Assembly (NCBI RefSeq): GCF_902459465.1
Contig: NC_047062.1
Location: forward strand, 16,616,001 to 16,680,000
DNA from: Asterias rubens
Taxonomy: Eukaryota
Length of the DNA: 64,000 nucleotides
Reading direction: 5' to 3'
This document shows, one piece after another, positions 51,101-63,104 of this stretch. How positions within the stretch are numbered: the stretch's first letter is position 1; every line of letters starts with the position of its first letter. The position numbers and the translations under genes are program-made. The notes beneath the pieces were generated by a model. The model was not told where the DNA came from. It searched no databases and was given only the letters and a program-made list of their open reading frames with translations.

Positions 51101-53283
51101 AACATGATTATCCCTGGTCACCGGGCCATTTATTTCATTCCCTAAACCAATTCAGCTCCCTGGGGAGTATTGACCCCTTGCACGCATGCCACACGCTGCG
51201 ACTGATGCCACGCTCACCATGTTGGTGGTCAATGGGTTAACGTGTAAACGCCGCGTCACCTAAAAATGCGCACTTCACTGAATAGCACACGTTGACATTG
51301 ACCACCAAAATGGCGCATCCAAGATTATTCTTATGATGACGTCAGGTGAAATGGGTCAATACAGCATGTGCTGCCAACAATGAAGCGTACATGTACCAAG
51401 ATAACTCAACCACAAGAAACCGTTTAAGTGAAACTGATGATAAACTTGCAACACCAAAGCACCCAGAGCCTGCCAGCTCAGGCCGTGAGGCACCAACAAC
51501 TGCCCCCGCATCTGTGACCATTGAAACAAACTTCTAACATTGGACAAACCGTGGTCACATCGTCTCGAGCCGAGTTTGGCCCGAGTAGCGTCAACTATAT
51601 CACCACAAGAACCAACTCTGCCCTACCTGGTGCCCATATACCACCGTGTGACACTGTGTGAATTGAAGCACTTATAGTTGCTCCAGGACACAAGTGTCAT
51701 GGCTGAGATTTGAACCCACATCCTGATGACTGAGCCACTCGAATCCAATGCACTTGATGGCTTGGCCACAACAACTTTAACAACTGCTATCGAAAAATCC
51801 AGCCTGATAAAAATTTAATGGTGAAAAATACCGTCACTTGAAATGTGGCCATCTTTGATCAAATTAAGTCAGAGTCGGATTTTATTTCTCTTGCCCTGCA
51901 AGGCTTTTTTGAAAAAATGCTAGAAGAACTGTTTCCAGATTGGCTTTAAAACACCTTTTTGTAATTTTTTTCAATAAAATGTGCTGGAGAAGAACCCATT
52001 ACCAGCTCTGATTGATAATAACTACTTTTCCTTATTGTTTTCCAGTTCTGCCATCCCTAGGAACAAGATGCCATTCCAAGACGCCATTGTGTTTGTCGTT
52101 GGTGGCGGCAATTACATCGAATACCAGAATCTCAATGACTATGTCAAGGTAGCTATGTTTTTTATTCCCTGGGGTTTGTCACATTATTGCAAGGAATTTA
52201 TAATTATGATGGTTTACATGGTGATGTGGCGCAATCTGCTCCCAACCACGCCAGAAACACAGAGGATAACTGTTTCTCTTGATGACAAATGAACTGGGTT
52301 TACTTTATGTGCATAACACAACACACAGGATGTACAGCTTTTTGTCCCAACCAAACAACGCAGCAATAATGGTTTAATGTTTTGGTTGATGACACAAGTG
52401 TCAAGACTGGGACTCGAACCCACACTCTGCTGATCAGTGAACCACCAACATGCAATGGTGTTACCGTGTTCACAACTGGTCCCAATTTTGATGAGTCAAT
52501 ATCAGTCACCATTACTCGCTCTCCATACAAAATATCTTGACTGTTTTCTCTTGGCAGAGTAAATCCAGTACAGCTGGGTCCAGCAAGAGAATTACGTACG
52601 GATGCAGTGAATTATTCAATGCTGACCAATTCTTGAAACAGGTAACGTATATTATTCTGCAGTAGTTTCCTTTAGTTTCCTACTACTAATTCTAATAAAA
52701 ACAAGTTTTTATATAGTGCCTTTACTACGGGTGTCTAAAAGCGCTTATCATACTTTAATTACAGACAGGTTTTTAAAAAGTTTTTGAACTGTGAGACCCA
52801 CTTGTGTAACACCTTATAAGGGTTTACAAGGTGCTGCGAAGCATTCAGCCGCCACTGCCAGAAACACCGGGGCAAACCCCCTTCTCTAAGCGACACGAAA
52901 AACTTCTTTTAAATGCATTACACAACAACACATGGGACATCCAGCGTTACGTCCCGTCTGAAGGACGAAGCAATGATGGTTAAGTTTCCTAACACAAGCG
53001 TCAAGAAGGGGTCTCGAACCCACACTCTGCTAATCAGAAACACGACTTGAGTTGCTCTTGACCTCTCGGCCATGACACGCCATTATGAAACCAACCAATA
53101 GTTCTAGAATTCTTTGATGAATTTGCATGTTCAGATTTATGCAGTAATTATACCATAAGTTGTGGTTATAAAAACCAACCGTTAGTTTGAGAATTCTTTG
53201 ATGCATTTGCATATTCAAATCCTAATATTGTTTCATTCTTCTCATTTTTGCAGTTAACACATCTTGGGGAGGAGAGCGTCTGA
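39191..53283 (+). CDS. SCFD1: Sec1/Munc18-family protein Sly1 (Sec1 family domain-containing 1), 20 coding exons, 641 aa
   Basis: Exons 39191-39230, 40180-40339, 40811-40901, 41752-41874, 42142-42229, 42757-42902, 43178-43263, 44189-44288, 44910-45046, 45344-45434, 45703-45776, 46072-46153, 47234-47398, 49080-49159, 50147-50285, 50456-50509, 50934-50986, 52046-52148, 52558-52641, 53254-53283. All GT-AG and in phase; total 1926 nt. Sly1 motifs: [77 protein letters not shown]. Confidence 0.97.
41071..41448. mobile_element. Kolobok-type MITE, copy C (reverse orientation), SCFD1 intron 3
   Basis: TTAA TSD and shared TIR; reverse complement of copy D. Confidence 0.88.
43421..43566. repeat. Palindromic MITE
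   Basis: ggagactttc...gcagcagacttaccgg...ccggtaagtctgctgc...gaaagtctcc. Confidence 0.75.
43775..44152. mobile_element. Kolobok-type MITE, copy D, SCFD1 intron 7
   Basis: TTAA TSD and shared TIR. Confidence 0.88.
44305..44543. mobile_element. Harbinger-type MITE (TIR GGCCCAATTTCAT, CWG flanks); the family has about a dozen copies in the window
   Basis: cag|gggccaatttcatagcgctgctaagcac...gtgcttagcagcgctatgaaattgggcc|ctg. Related copies near 11440-11490, 12314-12490, 15324-15514, 17326-17473, 22897-23075, 46856-47040, 54000-54300, 55640-56215 and 61390-61570. Confidence 0.75.
46215..46640. mobile_element. Palindromic tRNA-containing element (tail-head-tail plus an extra partial copy), SCFD1 intron 12
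   Basis: tRNA-like head on the minus strand (46310-46390), flanked by inverted ~95-bp arms, followed by a second head fragment and tail. Confidence 0.75.
46680..46810 (-). mobile_element. Short tRNA-derived SINE, second family (also 19010-19105 + and 23140-23220 +)
   Basis: tagctcagttggtagag...ttaatccggaggt...ttcaaatcccactctagtca...ttgttcaacccaaaatc shared among the three loci. Confidence 0.7.
47490..48026 (+). mobile_element. 5'-truncated L2-type LINE 3' end in SCFD1 intron 13
   Basis: [23 protein letters not shown], then in a shifted frame [14 protein letters not shown]...[10 protein letters not shown]; ends gcgctttataag...(att)n. Confidence 0.85.
49405..49716. mobile_element. 312-bp non-autonomous retro-insertion carrying the hammerhead (Penelope-like/retrozyme-like)
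   Basis: Flanked by the 12-bp direct repeat AATGTCAAAGAC (49393-49404 and 49717-49728). Internal repeats tcagaactga and aagcaag(g)agacagttct on the minus strand. Confidence 0.65.
49623..49666 (-). ncRNA. Minimal type I hammerhead ribozyme motif
   Basis: Minus strand reads GTCTC-CTGACGA-T-GACTAG-agcaag-CTAGTC-GAAAC-GTT-GAGAC: full catalytic core, 6-bp stem II, 5-bp stem I, palindromic ACGT in place of stem III. Confidence 0.75.
50709..50745 (+). repeat. (CAC)n microsatellite
   Basis: caccatcaccaccaccaccaccaccaccatcacca. Confidence 0.9.
50759..50800 (+). ncRNA. Degenerate hammerhead motif (core C3->U)
   Basis: TCTC-TTGAAGA-C-AAGCAG-agttaa-CTGTTT-GAAAC-GTC-GAGA: same architecture as 49623-49666 but with a core substitution. 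Confidence 0.5.
51170..51359. mobile_element. TA-flanked MITE (Tc1/mariner-like), nested in a SINE fragment; related copy at 59756-59956
   Basis: ggagTA|ttgacccc...gggtcaa|TAcagc; shares its internal sequence (caccatgttggtgg...atgacgtcaggtgaaatgggtcaatac) with 59756-59956. Confidence 0.7.
52700..53082 (-). mobile_element. tRNA-derived SINE (same family as 58132-58550), SCFD1 intron 19
   Basis: Reverse complement of the head, central block and tail. Confidence 0.75.
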
Positions 53284-54543
53284 TGATGAATCCTACACAT
53301 GTACAGCATTGACCCCTAATCAACCTTTATAAAATTGCACATTATTATCTATCTGTTGTAAAGAGAGTATTAATTTAACTTGAGTGGCGGAGCTTTTGAA
53401 AAATATCTCATCACTTCAAAGAAACTGAGTTTAGTTTTTCCTAAGACCCTGACCACCATCTATAATTCACTAGACTAATGCAGATTGTTAATTGCATTGG
53501 GCTCCTTGCTGGTTAAGCATTGATGAAAGACATTCTAAAGCCTGGTTCGTACTTCCTGCGAATGCCTCGAGCGAAGCGAGTTTCTCTGCGTCACAAAGGG
53601 AAATGGAGTGCGTACCGATTGTTGCGTCACCCAAATTCGCTTTGCATTTGCTTTACTTGCAGGCAGTTGCTAGTAAATGAGTGATGGAATCAACAATACA
53701 AATCTATAGTGAAGGAGCTTTCTCATCCCAAACTCCTTTTGCTTATGTTTAAGCAAATGGTTGGGCTCAAGTTAGCACAACTGTTATTCTCAACTGAACT
53801 TCTAAAACTTTGTTATGTTGGTAAAGGTTTTATTATTTTATTTGAAAAGTATAAAACATTGGTCATGTAGATTATGTATAAAAGCCAATTTACATCGAGA
53901 TTCAAGAGTAGAGTAGAGTAAAAAAACTATAATAAACCTTAAATTGCCAGTTACAGAGTGTACATGTGACATTGTATTTTGACTGGTAGCTTTCTCTGGG
54001 ACGCAAAGTTTTGTTGTCTACTTTTTTTGCTTAAGCAGCTCTACGGAATTAGGCCCAACTCATTTCCTCTTCTTCAGAAAACTTTAAAATGCAGTGCAAA
54101 GTTTGACGTGCTTGCCATTTCCTCTGTTTGCAGTAAAACAAAATGCATCTCTGCAAGTACTGTTTCTTGTATCATGTAATGGGCCTAATTTCATAAAGCC
54201 TGCAAGCACAAAAACTTGCTAAGCACTGAAAAGTATTGCTTTACAGAAACTGGTTTCAAGCCAAAATTCTATAACAATTTACATTGTTTCATGAGCCCAG
54301 ATGAGAGCGGTTTTACAGCTGTGGTCATCAAGAATACAAAATGGCTGCTGCTATGTGTATAGATTCACTGTGTTCTAATTGTAAAGGACATTGGCTGATG
54401 ATAAATCTAGTTTCTGTACCATGTTCATACATGGGCAGTTGTGACAAACTACGTTTTAATATGATTGTACCTGTCCTATGAAAATAATAAATGTATTGTA
54501 AAGACATGAATCAAGTATGTTTTCGCTTTATTCTGTTATTTAA

Positions 54544-54898
54544 AGACACTGGACACTAATGGTAGTTGTCAAAGACCAGTCTTTTCACTTGGTGTATGTC
54601 AACATATGCATAAAATAACAAACCTGTGAAAATTTGAGCTCAATTGGTCGTCAAAGTTGCAAGATAATAAAGAAAAGAAAAAACCTTGTCACACGAAGTT
54701 GTGTGCGTTTAGATGGTTGATTTCCAGACCTCAAATCAAATTCGTGGAAAAAATACTTCTTTCTCGAAAACTATGTCACTTCAGAGGGAGCCGTTTCTCA
54801 CAATGTTTTATACCATCAACCTCTCCCCATTACTCGTCACCAAGTAAGGTTTTATGCTAATAATTATTTTGAGTAATTACCAATAGTGTCCACTGCCT
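54544..54898. mobile_element. Kolobok-type MITE, copy E
   Basis: TTAA TSD and shared TIR; small internal deletion. Confidence 0.88.
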
Positions 54899-56219
54899 TT
54901 AATTGTATTGAAAAAAGGAAAGTAGAAACAAATTTGTTATTGGATAAATTTCTAGAACATTACAGGCAGACAGAATAGCGATTCAGTATGTTTGGTATTA
55001 AATATTCCTATATTCCAAGTGAAATTTTGAAATGAAAGGTTTCACTGGATTTGGTTAAACTGCCATCGATAAAGTTAGCCTTTTGTCAAGGTATGGATGA
55101 TACCTAGTGCATCAAGCAAACTGAAAATAACTACTTTGTTGGAACGCTAGGTAGACTTGGGTAGGACTTGTGCCTTGACTTGAAGCTAATCAATCAAACA
55201 AAACACATGCGGTTTCTTGCTGTCACAGGATCCAAATTGCACACAATTTGTTTGCAATCGCGCAGGAACATGTGATGTCATTGTGATGTCTATCTCGCTT
55301 TATCTGGTTCCATAGAGGCATATCCGTTTCCCTGCTGTGGGGGTTTTGCACATGAATACGTTATTCTATGAAAACAGGATATAACAAAGAAAGCTCTTGA
55401 GCAATCAATCTTTAGATGGATTTGCTCAGACTTTCTCTTTAGGGGTAAGCTGGGAGGAAGGACAGTGCTTTCCAGGGGCCATGTTTTTCCTATGTGTATC
55501 CGATTGTTTTCGTTGGGGGTACCTTGGGGGCTTGTGCTCTGTTTTTACTAAGAAATTGGGACCTTAAAGACTCTGTTTTTCAGATGAGTTGTTAATAATG
55601 AGGATTTAACAAATATTATTTGGCTTTGGAAGTGTCTAGGGCCCAATTTCATAGATCTGCTTGGCAAAAATAAGCAGGGTACCGGAAAAATATTCTTGCC
55701 AAGTGTAAAGAGAAAAACAAAACAAAGCAAAACAACCCCAAAGAAGCAGTTCTGTTTTATGTGAAAATAAGGTTGTTGATACACTAGAAGTTGTTGAGGC
55801 CGGGGATGGACCTACCCTAAACATGTTTTGCTGAGGAATAAGTCAACTTGAACGCTGTGGTTATTTGAGAGTTAGATAAACAAACTTCCTACCTAACCCT
55901 GCCTAACTATATGGCACATGCCACTCGTTATTTGTCTCTAAACTGGGTCCAACATCATGGCTCTGCTTACGGCAGAATTCTGTGCTTACCAAGCCCTGTA
56001 AGCACATAACTCTACAGGATCATTGTAAGCACAGAATTCCACAATAAGCAGAGCCATGAAAAAAAACTGTTAAGCAGAAGATATTCGAAGGCAATTTTCT
56101 CTGCTAAGCAAAAGTTGAGTGGGGCACCAGTCACACCAATGTAAACTTAATGTAATTTTGGCTAACAACCTTTTTCTGTTAAGTAATATTGTTGTGCTTA
56201 CATGCTTTATGAAATTTAA

Positions 56220-56598
56220 AGGCAGTGGACACTATCGGTAATTACTCAAAATAATTATTAGCATAAAACCTTTCTTGGTGACGAGTAATGGGGAGAGGTT
56301 GATGGTATAAAACATTGTGAGAAACGGCTCCCTCTGAAGTGCCATAGTTTTTGAGAAAGAAGTAGTTTTCCACGAATTGGATTTCGAGACCTCAAGTTTA
56401 GAACTTGAGGTCTCGAAATCATTCATCTAAACACACACAATTTCGTGTGACAAGGGTGTTTTTTTCTTTCATTATTATCTCGCAAGTTCGATGACGGATT
56501 GAGCTCAAATTTTCACAGGTTTGTTATTTTATGCTTATGTTGAGATACACCAACTGTGAAGCCTAGTCTTTGACAATTACCGATAGTGTCCACTGTCT
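56220..56598. mobile_element. Kolobok-type MITE, copy F (reverse orientation)
   Basis: TTAA TSD and shared TIR. Confidence 0.88.
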
Positions 56599-57126
56599 TT
56601 AACTCTGGTGTGAATGAGTTCAAACTAAGTTGCAACAGTCACAGATAAAGAATACCATTGGTCCTTTGATAGTGGAGGGGGATAACAAAATCTGCGTTGA
56701 TTGATTTTTGTCAGTTAGGCTGCCCCAGGGTGAATACATGTATATGAAGTCATCCTGCCATTGATCCAGCATGTTCATGTTACTTCAGGAGTTGACTGAT
56801 GACTAATGTTAGATACACAGGTGGTTATACTAAACTGTGTCATTCAAATGTCAAAGTACTACAGCGTAATTCCGTGACATTATTAGTTACTTGGGAGTTG
56901 ACTGTTGTGATTGGGTTCTAGACTTCTTTATGGTACATGCATAAACAATCATGTTCATATAAGTCTGGGACTTTTGTACCACTTATTGTTTATCAGACAT
57001 AATAATTTTATTTGTCAATCAATGATACTCTTGAAGCACTTGGACAACATTGGTGTCAAAGCCAGTATATGCACTTCATGTGAACCAACTTAGGAAAAAA
57101 CACTCTTGTGAAAGTTTAAAGTTTAA

Positions 57127-57476
57127 AGGAACACGTTGCCTTGGATTGGACGAGTTGGTCTATAAAAAGCGTTTGTAACCGTTTTTTATAAAAAGCATAT
57201 GGTTGGAAAGATGTTTTAAAAGTAGAATACAATGATCCACACAAGTTTGCCTCGAAATTGCGTGGTTTTCCGTTTACTGTGCGAACTAACATGGTCGGAA
57301 ATGGCCGGCTGTGTTAGTCTACGAGGTAAAAGGAAAGCCGTGCAATTTCGAGGCATGTTTGTGTGGATCATTGTAATCTACTTTTACAACATATTTCTAC
57401 CCATATGCATTTTATAAAAAACGGTTACAAACGCTTTTCGAAGACCAACTCGACCGATCCAAGGCAACGTGTTCCT
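57127..57476. mobile_element. Second TTAA-flanked MITE family (AGGAA termini), almost fully palindromic
   Basis: TTAA|AGGAACACGTTGCCTTGGAT...ATCCAAGGCAACGTGTTCCT|TTAA; the arms pair along nearly the whole 350 bp. Confidence 0.85.
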
Positions 57477-58131
57477 TTAAGATCAATGTCAATGGAGTCA
57501 TAAACAATAATTGTTGAAACAAAAATAAAAACATTTGGTTTCCAGTTTTAGAACCTCCAGTTTTTGGTCTCATAATGGATCAAAAGTAATTGTTTTATGC
57601 ATTTCTCTTTTTTAAGCCATTAAGGGTCAAAGCGTCATGAACTATTTTTTTGCCTTTCTCAAAAAGTATGGCATTCAGGCAAAACATTTGTTTATACAGC
57701 GGAGTTTTTTCACCATGACCATCTTCATACGAAGCTTTGTGAAATCCACTCGCGGTTGAAGAATATACAGACTTAAAGGGTTCCTTAAATGCCATTTTGC
57801 ACATAACAGGGCTGTATTAGTGTGCCTTCAAAAGGAGGTTGTTTTGTGGTCAATCCTGGGCATCACACGGACGTATCGTTTTGTTTCTTTACCTCAACGA
57901 TAGCAGCTGGATGACATAAGTGTATAAGCCTAACAGGGTTTGCCCTTTACTTTATCAGTCACTAGCCAGCAGGACCAGTAAGCTTATGCCTTCGCTGGTC
58001 CCCTAGCTTTTTCACATGTCCATATTTTATATTAAATTGGATGCTTTTTAACACAGAGTGTTAACTCTGGACCACTTGACTGCTTGCTCCTCAAGGGATT
58101 TAACTGGCATTTGGTCAGCGGACCACTGTTG

Positions 58132-58550
58132 TGGAGTGTCATGGCCTAGCGGTTAAGAGCACCCGATTCAAACTCTGGCGTTTCTGATCAGCAGAGTGTG
58201 GGTTCGAGTCCCGGTCGAAACACCTGTGTCCTTAAGCAAGACACTTAACCATGATGCTTCGCCCTTGGGACCTAAAGCCGTTGGTCCCGTGTGTTGTGTA
58301 ATGCACGTAAAAGAACCCAGTGCACTTATCAGAAAGAGAAGGGGTTTGCCCCGGTGTTCCTGGTTTGATTAGCAGCATGTTGCGCCACAGCACCTTGTAA
58401 ACCGTTAAATGGTGCTATGTAAAAGGAGTAGGTCTCATAACTCAAACGTAGTCCAAGACACCTTGCAGAAAAATACTGTTATGTTCAAGCATCTTGAGCG
58501 TCACTGAGTGACGGATACACGCGCTATATAAGAAGCTACTATTTTTATTA
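58132..58550 (+). mobile_element. tRNA-derived SINE with CORE/V-like central block and L2-type tail
   Basis: A box (tggcctagcggtt), B box (ggttcgagtcc), gtgtccttaagcaagacacttaacc block, tail gcgctatataag...attta. Minus-strand relatives near 19865-20212, 44690-44860, 51640-51775, 52255-52460 and 52700-53082. Confidence 0.8.
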
Positions 58551-59007
58551 AGGGAGAACCCTGGTCTACGCATACATACACGATTCAAAGGCCACAGAAA
58601 CAGTACTTCTTTGTCTCATCAAGACTTTTCTTGAGTTTATCTACACATTTCTTTAATTTTCTGACGTTTTACATTGATTTGAGTTAATACGAAAATAAAC
58701 TGAGTAAAGAATTAATCTTCAAAACATAAGTTACATCTTTATAATTAGTTATACCCACAAATTGCGCCATTGTCAGTAAATCGTTAATTAAAATTGTATA
58801 ACAATCGAATAATATATTCAAAACATGTTTAATTTGATAAACTGAAATGTAAAAGCAAAGAAATACTGTTTTTCATTGCTTTTAAAATCAAAGAATTAAC
58901 GACATTGAAGAGGATTCCTACAGACAACTTAACAAATAATTCCCTTGTATTTTTGTAAAGATGAACAAATTTAATACTATACATACAGCAATGAAATGAA
59001 ACAAAAA

Positions 59008-59380
59008 TAAAGAATATTCATTTGGGTTTTATCCATATACACTGATGTGTGTTAGCATTGTATACTCAGTACTTTCCCGAGCTCTGTGAAAAAAAATTAC
59101 AGGCATATTTAACATCTATTAAATCGTTTGCAGTACCCGCTGCTAAAACATAGGATTCGAACTGCCTCTAGCTACTGGGCAATCTCGGTGGTTTAGTTGG
59201 TAAGACACTGCTCTAGAATTGCAAGGGTCGTGGGTTCGAATCCCACCCGAGTAACATGCCTGTGATATTTTTTCACAGGACTAGGGAAAGTACTGAGTAT
59301 ACAGTGCTAACACACATCGGTGTATGGGTAAAACCAAAATGAATATTCTTTATCCCCGATGCAAATTTAACATCTATTAA
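59008..59380. mobile_element. Palindromic tRNA-containing element, second locus
   Basis: Inverted arms 59008-59106 and 59256-59352 flank a plus-strand tRNA-like head; direct repeat tttaacatctattaa at 59108 and 59366. Confidence 0.75.
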
Positions 59381-62300
59381 AAAAAAAGAACTGAAGCAAA
59401 GTTTAGTCATCAGAAATTTTACTTTGAACAATTCCTGATTAATATGAAATGTGCTGCTGTCAGAGGGTCATACATCAATGCCATTTAAGTCATTTAAAGG
59501 GAGCGTATTTGTTTGGTAATCACTTTGAAAATTAACGGCAATATAAAACCTTTTGGTTAGAAGCCTAAAGCAGCGCTTGATAACATAAAGCATTTTGAGA
59601 AACATTTCACCTTGAAGAAATGCCGTTATGTAAAAAGAAATCAATTTGTATGCCCCAAAATTTCAGAATCTCAGAAGCGTTACACGCTTTTCAGATTGTG
59701 CATTCCTATTAGGGATTATTAATCCGTGGACATGTTCGCTCTGGACTTTTGGGCAATTGACCCCTTGCGTCACACGTTCACCATGTTGGTGGGCAAGTTG
59801 GGTTTACGTGTATTAAGGCAGCGTCGCCTACAATGCGCACTTCACTGCATAACGCACAGCATAGGGTTATATATGAAAACGCACAGTGAAATTGCCCACC
59901 AGTATGGTGTATTCCAGATTTTTCTGATTATGACGTCAGGTGAAATGGGTCAATACCTCAAAATTGGGACCACCTTTTGAAATGATATTTTCACAGCTTA
60001 GTTTTGAACATAGGATTAAACAAATCAAATGGTTCCAAAAACAATTTGTATACTTTGCCTTTAAACAGATGGAAACTTAATATTCATTGATGAACAAAAT
60101 CTTACGTGTCGAGAGGAATAATTTAATCTGATTGAAGTGGTGAAATTTCAAGGAATGAAAGACATTATGCAACTAGGTCATTCTAACTGGTGATTGAATT
60201 TCATTCACGGTGAGGTATCAGCCAGACAATACGCTCATACCCGCTAAACTCTATTAAAAAATCAGTTCAGCTTGCAGCACGCTTCTCTTTTGGCATTAAT
60301 TTTCAAATCCACTCGCTGACAAAATATCACAATGTTTTTATGGAATTTAGAACGGGCATGGCGAGCTGACCTCTACCTCCCATCCGCAAAAGTGTTCAGG
60401 ATTATTCTTGAGAGTTTCACCATGAGGTGAACTGATTGTAAAAAAAAATTAAAACAATAATTTGTATCATCAAAAATAAGTTTACTTTTGGCAGAAGTTG
60501 TTTACACATTAAACAAAATAAAAGAAGCCTTGATGTTTGATCGCTTAATTTATAGCCTGTCAAATTAACAGATTTAGCCAACAATTATAACTTGGCTTAT
60601 GTAATAAACAAAATCTTCATGGCTTACAAATTAGTCCCAAATTCCATAGAACCATTTAATAAATGCATTAAATATAAACAAAAAAATAAATGAAAAATAA
60701 TCAATGTAAATTTTTCCCAAACCACTATAAAAATAAGAATAAATTTCATTTTAAGAGTATAATTACATTCAGCTAAGCTCCATGGCACATTCACAGACAC
60801 AAAACAAGTAATTGCCAATTAATTATTGCTAAAATAACACTTTTTTAAAGGTATGGATCTAGGTAAGGAAATAGCGGACAATTTTGCATCACACCTAACA
60901 CAGAAGCAAAAAACCACAGATAACAGCCGATAAATATTTCTAGTATGGTTTGGCGCAGGAAACGATTTGAGCTTTTGCTACAAAAAGTTTGTATTGCAAT
61001 TTACAACATGTGCAAGTATATTGCAAAGTGGGTGCTAGAAAACAAGATTCAACCTTTCGACTATCCTCTTTGATCTACAGTACATTGTAACGAGACCTGA
61101 ACCCAAGACAAGGAAAGTGAAAGGACCTTTGCAAAGATATGACCAGATAGAAGAGATTGTATTCAAACTGTTGTCAATAGTTCTTACTGCCCACACCTAA
61201 AACAAAGCTTCAAATATCATCCAATAATCATACCTCATCAGCGAGGCCCATCGTAAAGTCTATAAACACAAAAACTTGTGTGTGCAGAAAAATCTTGCTT
61301 GGAGGAAACAAATAACCGTCTATAATTCCATGAGGTTTACATTGTTTTGATTAAGTAGTATTTTCTGCTCAATGGATTTATGAAATTGAGACAAATTTCA
61401 TAAGCCTGTTATATAAGCATGAAACATTGCTAAGCAAACTTAATACCTGGACACCGGTCATAACTATGTGAATGACATGTCTTTTTGGCTGGTAACCTGT
61501 TTCTGCTCAGCAATATATTTATCTTGCTCGGCAATCTTGTTTGTGCCTAAAAGCTTTATAAAAATTAATCCCATATGACTTTAACACCCGAACACACCAG
61601 AATATTAAATAAATCGCCACCACATTATTTGCATTACCAAGTTTGCATATCATTAAATTTACTAGCCTTCTGAATTCCAATATTCTGAGGAATTTGAATT
61701 CCATAATTTACTCATATCACGTTTGATTACCTCCTCCAGCGTTTCACATACAGCCTAAGGAATTTGCGTATCAAAAATTTCAGTCGCTTGTTACACAGAA
61801 ATAACTACATGCTAATTTTTAAAAGGGGAAAAAAATATGAAAAAAACAAAAAATTATGCCTGTTTGTTGTTAGTTGCCAATGTGGCTTTTTAATTAAATA
61901 CTAGTTAATTATTCCATTGATCAAACAAGCCCTTCAACATTCAAATAAGACAAACATGTCTTTTATTAAAGATCCACCATATTGAAATAATTCCCTTCGA
62001 CTAGACCAACAAACATAGAGTCTAAAAAACGGACGAATTTGTCTCCTTGTGATGAAACATGTTCCGAGACTCTCATCTTGCATGCTGAATCATAATTACA
62101 TCTATGATTGTATTCCAGACAGGGTTTGTATTCAGATTTGCTGAATTGCGATTCCCCTTCCGACCCAGACATTTTTGTGTGTGTGGAATGCAATTAACGT
62201 TACAGACCAGCCACTGAGAAAATTCAACTTCTCATCCTTTAAACTCAATTTCTGGTGCGATGCAATCTGATCTGATACCATCAAGGATGGTTCTACTTCA

Positions 62301-62469
62301 ATTCCTACTACGTCTCACTTTCTCTCAAATACACCTAAATCTCAGGAGATGTCCCTCGGGAAACAGCCGGTGCATTTTTTTTCTTGTTTTACAAGTACGC
62401 TGGCCTTGCTTTGGGTTACAGAAAGATAAATCTTGAATAATAGAAGTCTTGCAGTGTCTGCCGTGAATT

Positions 62470-63104
62470 CTAGATTGGCTTGTTAACAATCCAATTGATG
62501 GCAGACATGAGGTCTGTGCCAGAAGACTTAAAAAAATTATGGATCTGGTGTGATACATTATGGAAGTGAGAATACAGACAGACAGACACTTTGTAGGGAA
62601 AAAACAGTAAGTGAGTGAATATGGCAGATTAGTTTCAAATAAAAATAGTCATGGATTTTCTGCTAGGCGTCCCCCATTCTCCCTCACCTTAGGGTGTTAT
62701 TAACAATGGATACCATTTCAGGTTTCCTTTGGTTTAAGTTTCAGGGCGAAACAACAAAGAAGAAGACGGAAACAAAGCAAGACTTCCTGTTAGATATAAC
62801 TAATAGGATTTGAAACTTTGCCAAGTCAGGTCTCTCAACTTATTCTATAAAATTAACTGAGGTAACAATCATCACAGATTTGTGAGGTTATCTTTTATGG
62901 CAAGTCTTGTAGTCTGAATAACGTGGCGTTTAACACATTTTTCTCTTTATTTGTAAGCATTAGAGAAAGGACTTCACCCAAGGTAACCACAGCAATTGCC
63001 GTGGTGCCCGTTGCAAAGTTTAAATACAAATTTACATTGTTCTCATAGAAGTGCCCCTTATCAGAGGGAAATTGCTCTGCCCCTCCAAGAGCGACGTTCA
63101 AGGC
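62470..63104 (-). CDS. Probable last two coding exons of an unidentified gene extending beyond the right edge
   Basis: Exon 63104-63036 (ALNVALGGAEQFPSDKGHFYENN; cag acceptor, gtaaat donor) splices in phase 0 to 62544-62470 (IHNFFKSSGTDLMSAINWIVNKPI*). Minus-strand AATAAA near 61965. A further candidate exon near 63824-63740 (KRFNFEANVQDDFIYKMYSF...) could not be joined cleanly. Confidence 0.5.

Noticed and set aside
53082-53220. Small diverged tandem duplication before the last SCFD1 exon; similar short duplications at 3391-3450 and 24032-24087
   Set aside because: Ordinary local slippage duplications with no evident functional signal.
55428-55450. ctttctctttag-gg-gtaagc, resembling a micro-exon or recursive splice site
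   Set aside because: It lies outside any supported plus-strand intron; single occurrence.
20880-56426. Recurring short ORFs such as [10 protein letters not shown]... and ...[11 protein letters not shown]... (20880, 21666, 21731, 41083, 41109, 54657, 56232)
   Set aside because: All lie inside copies of the same non-coding Kolobok-type MITE; similarity reflects the repeat, and frames break differently in each copy.
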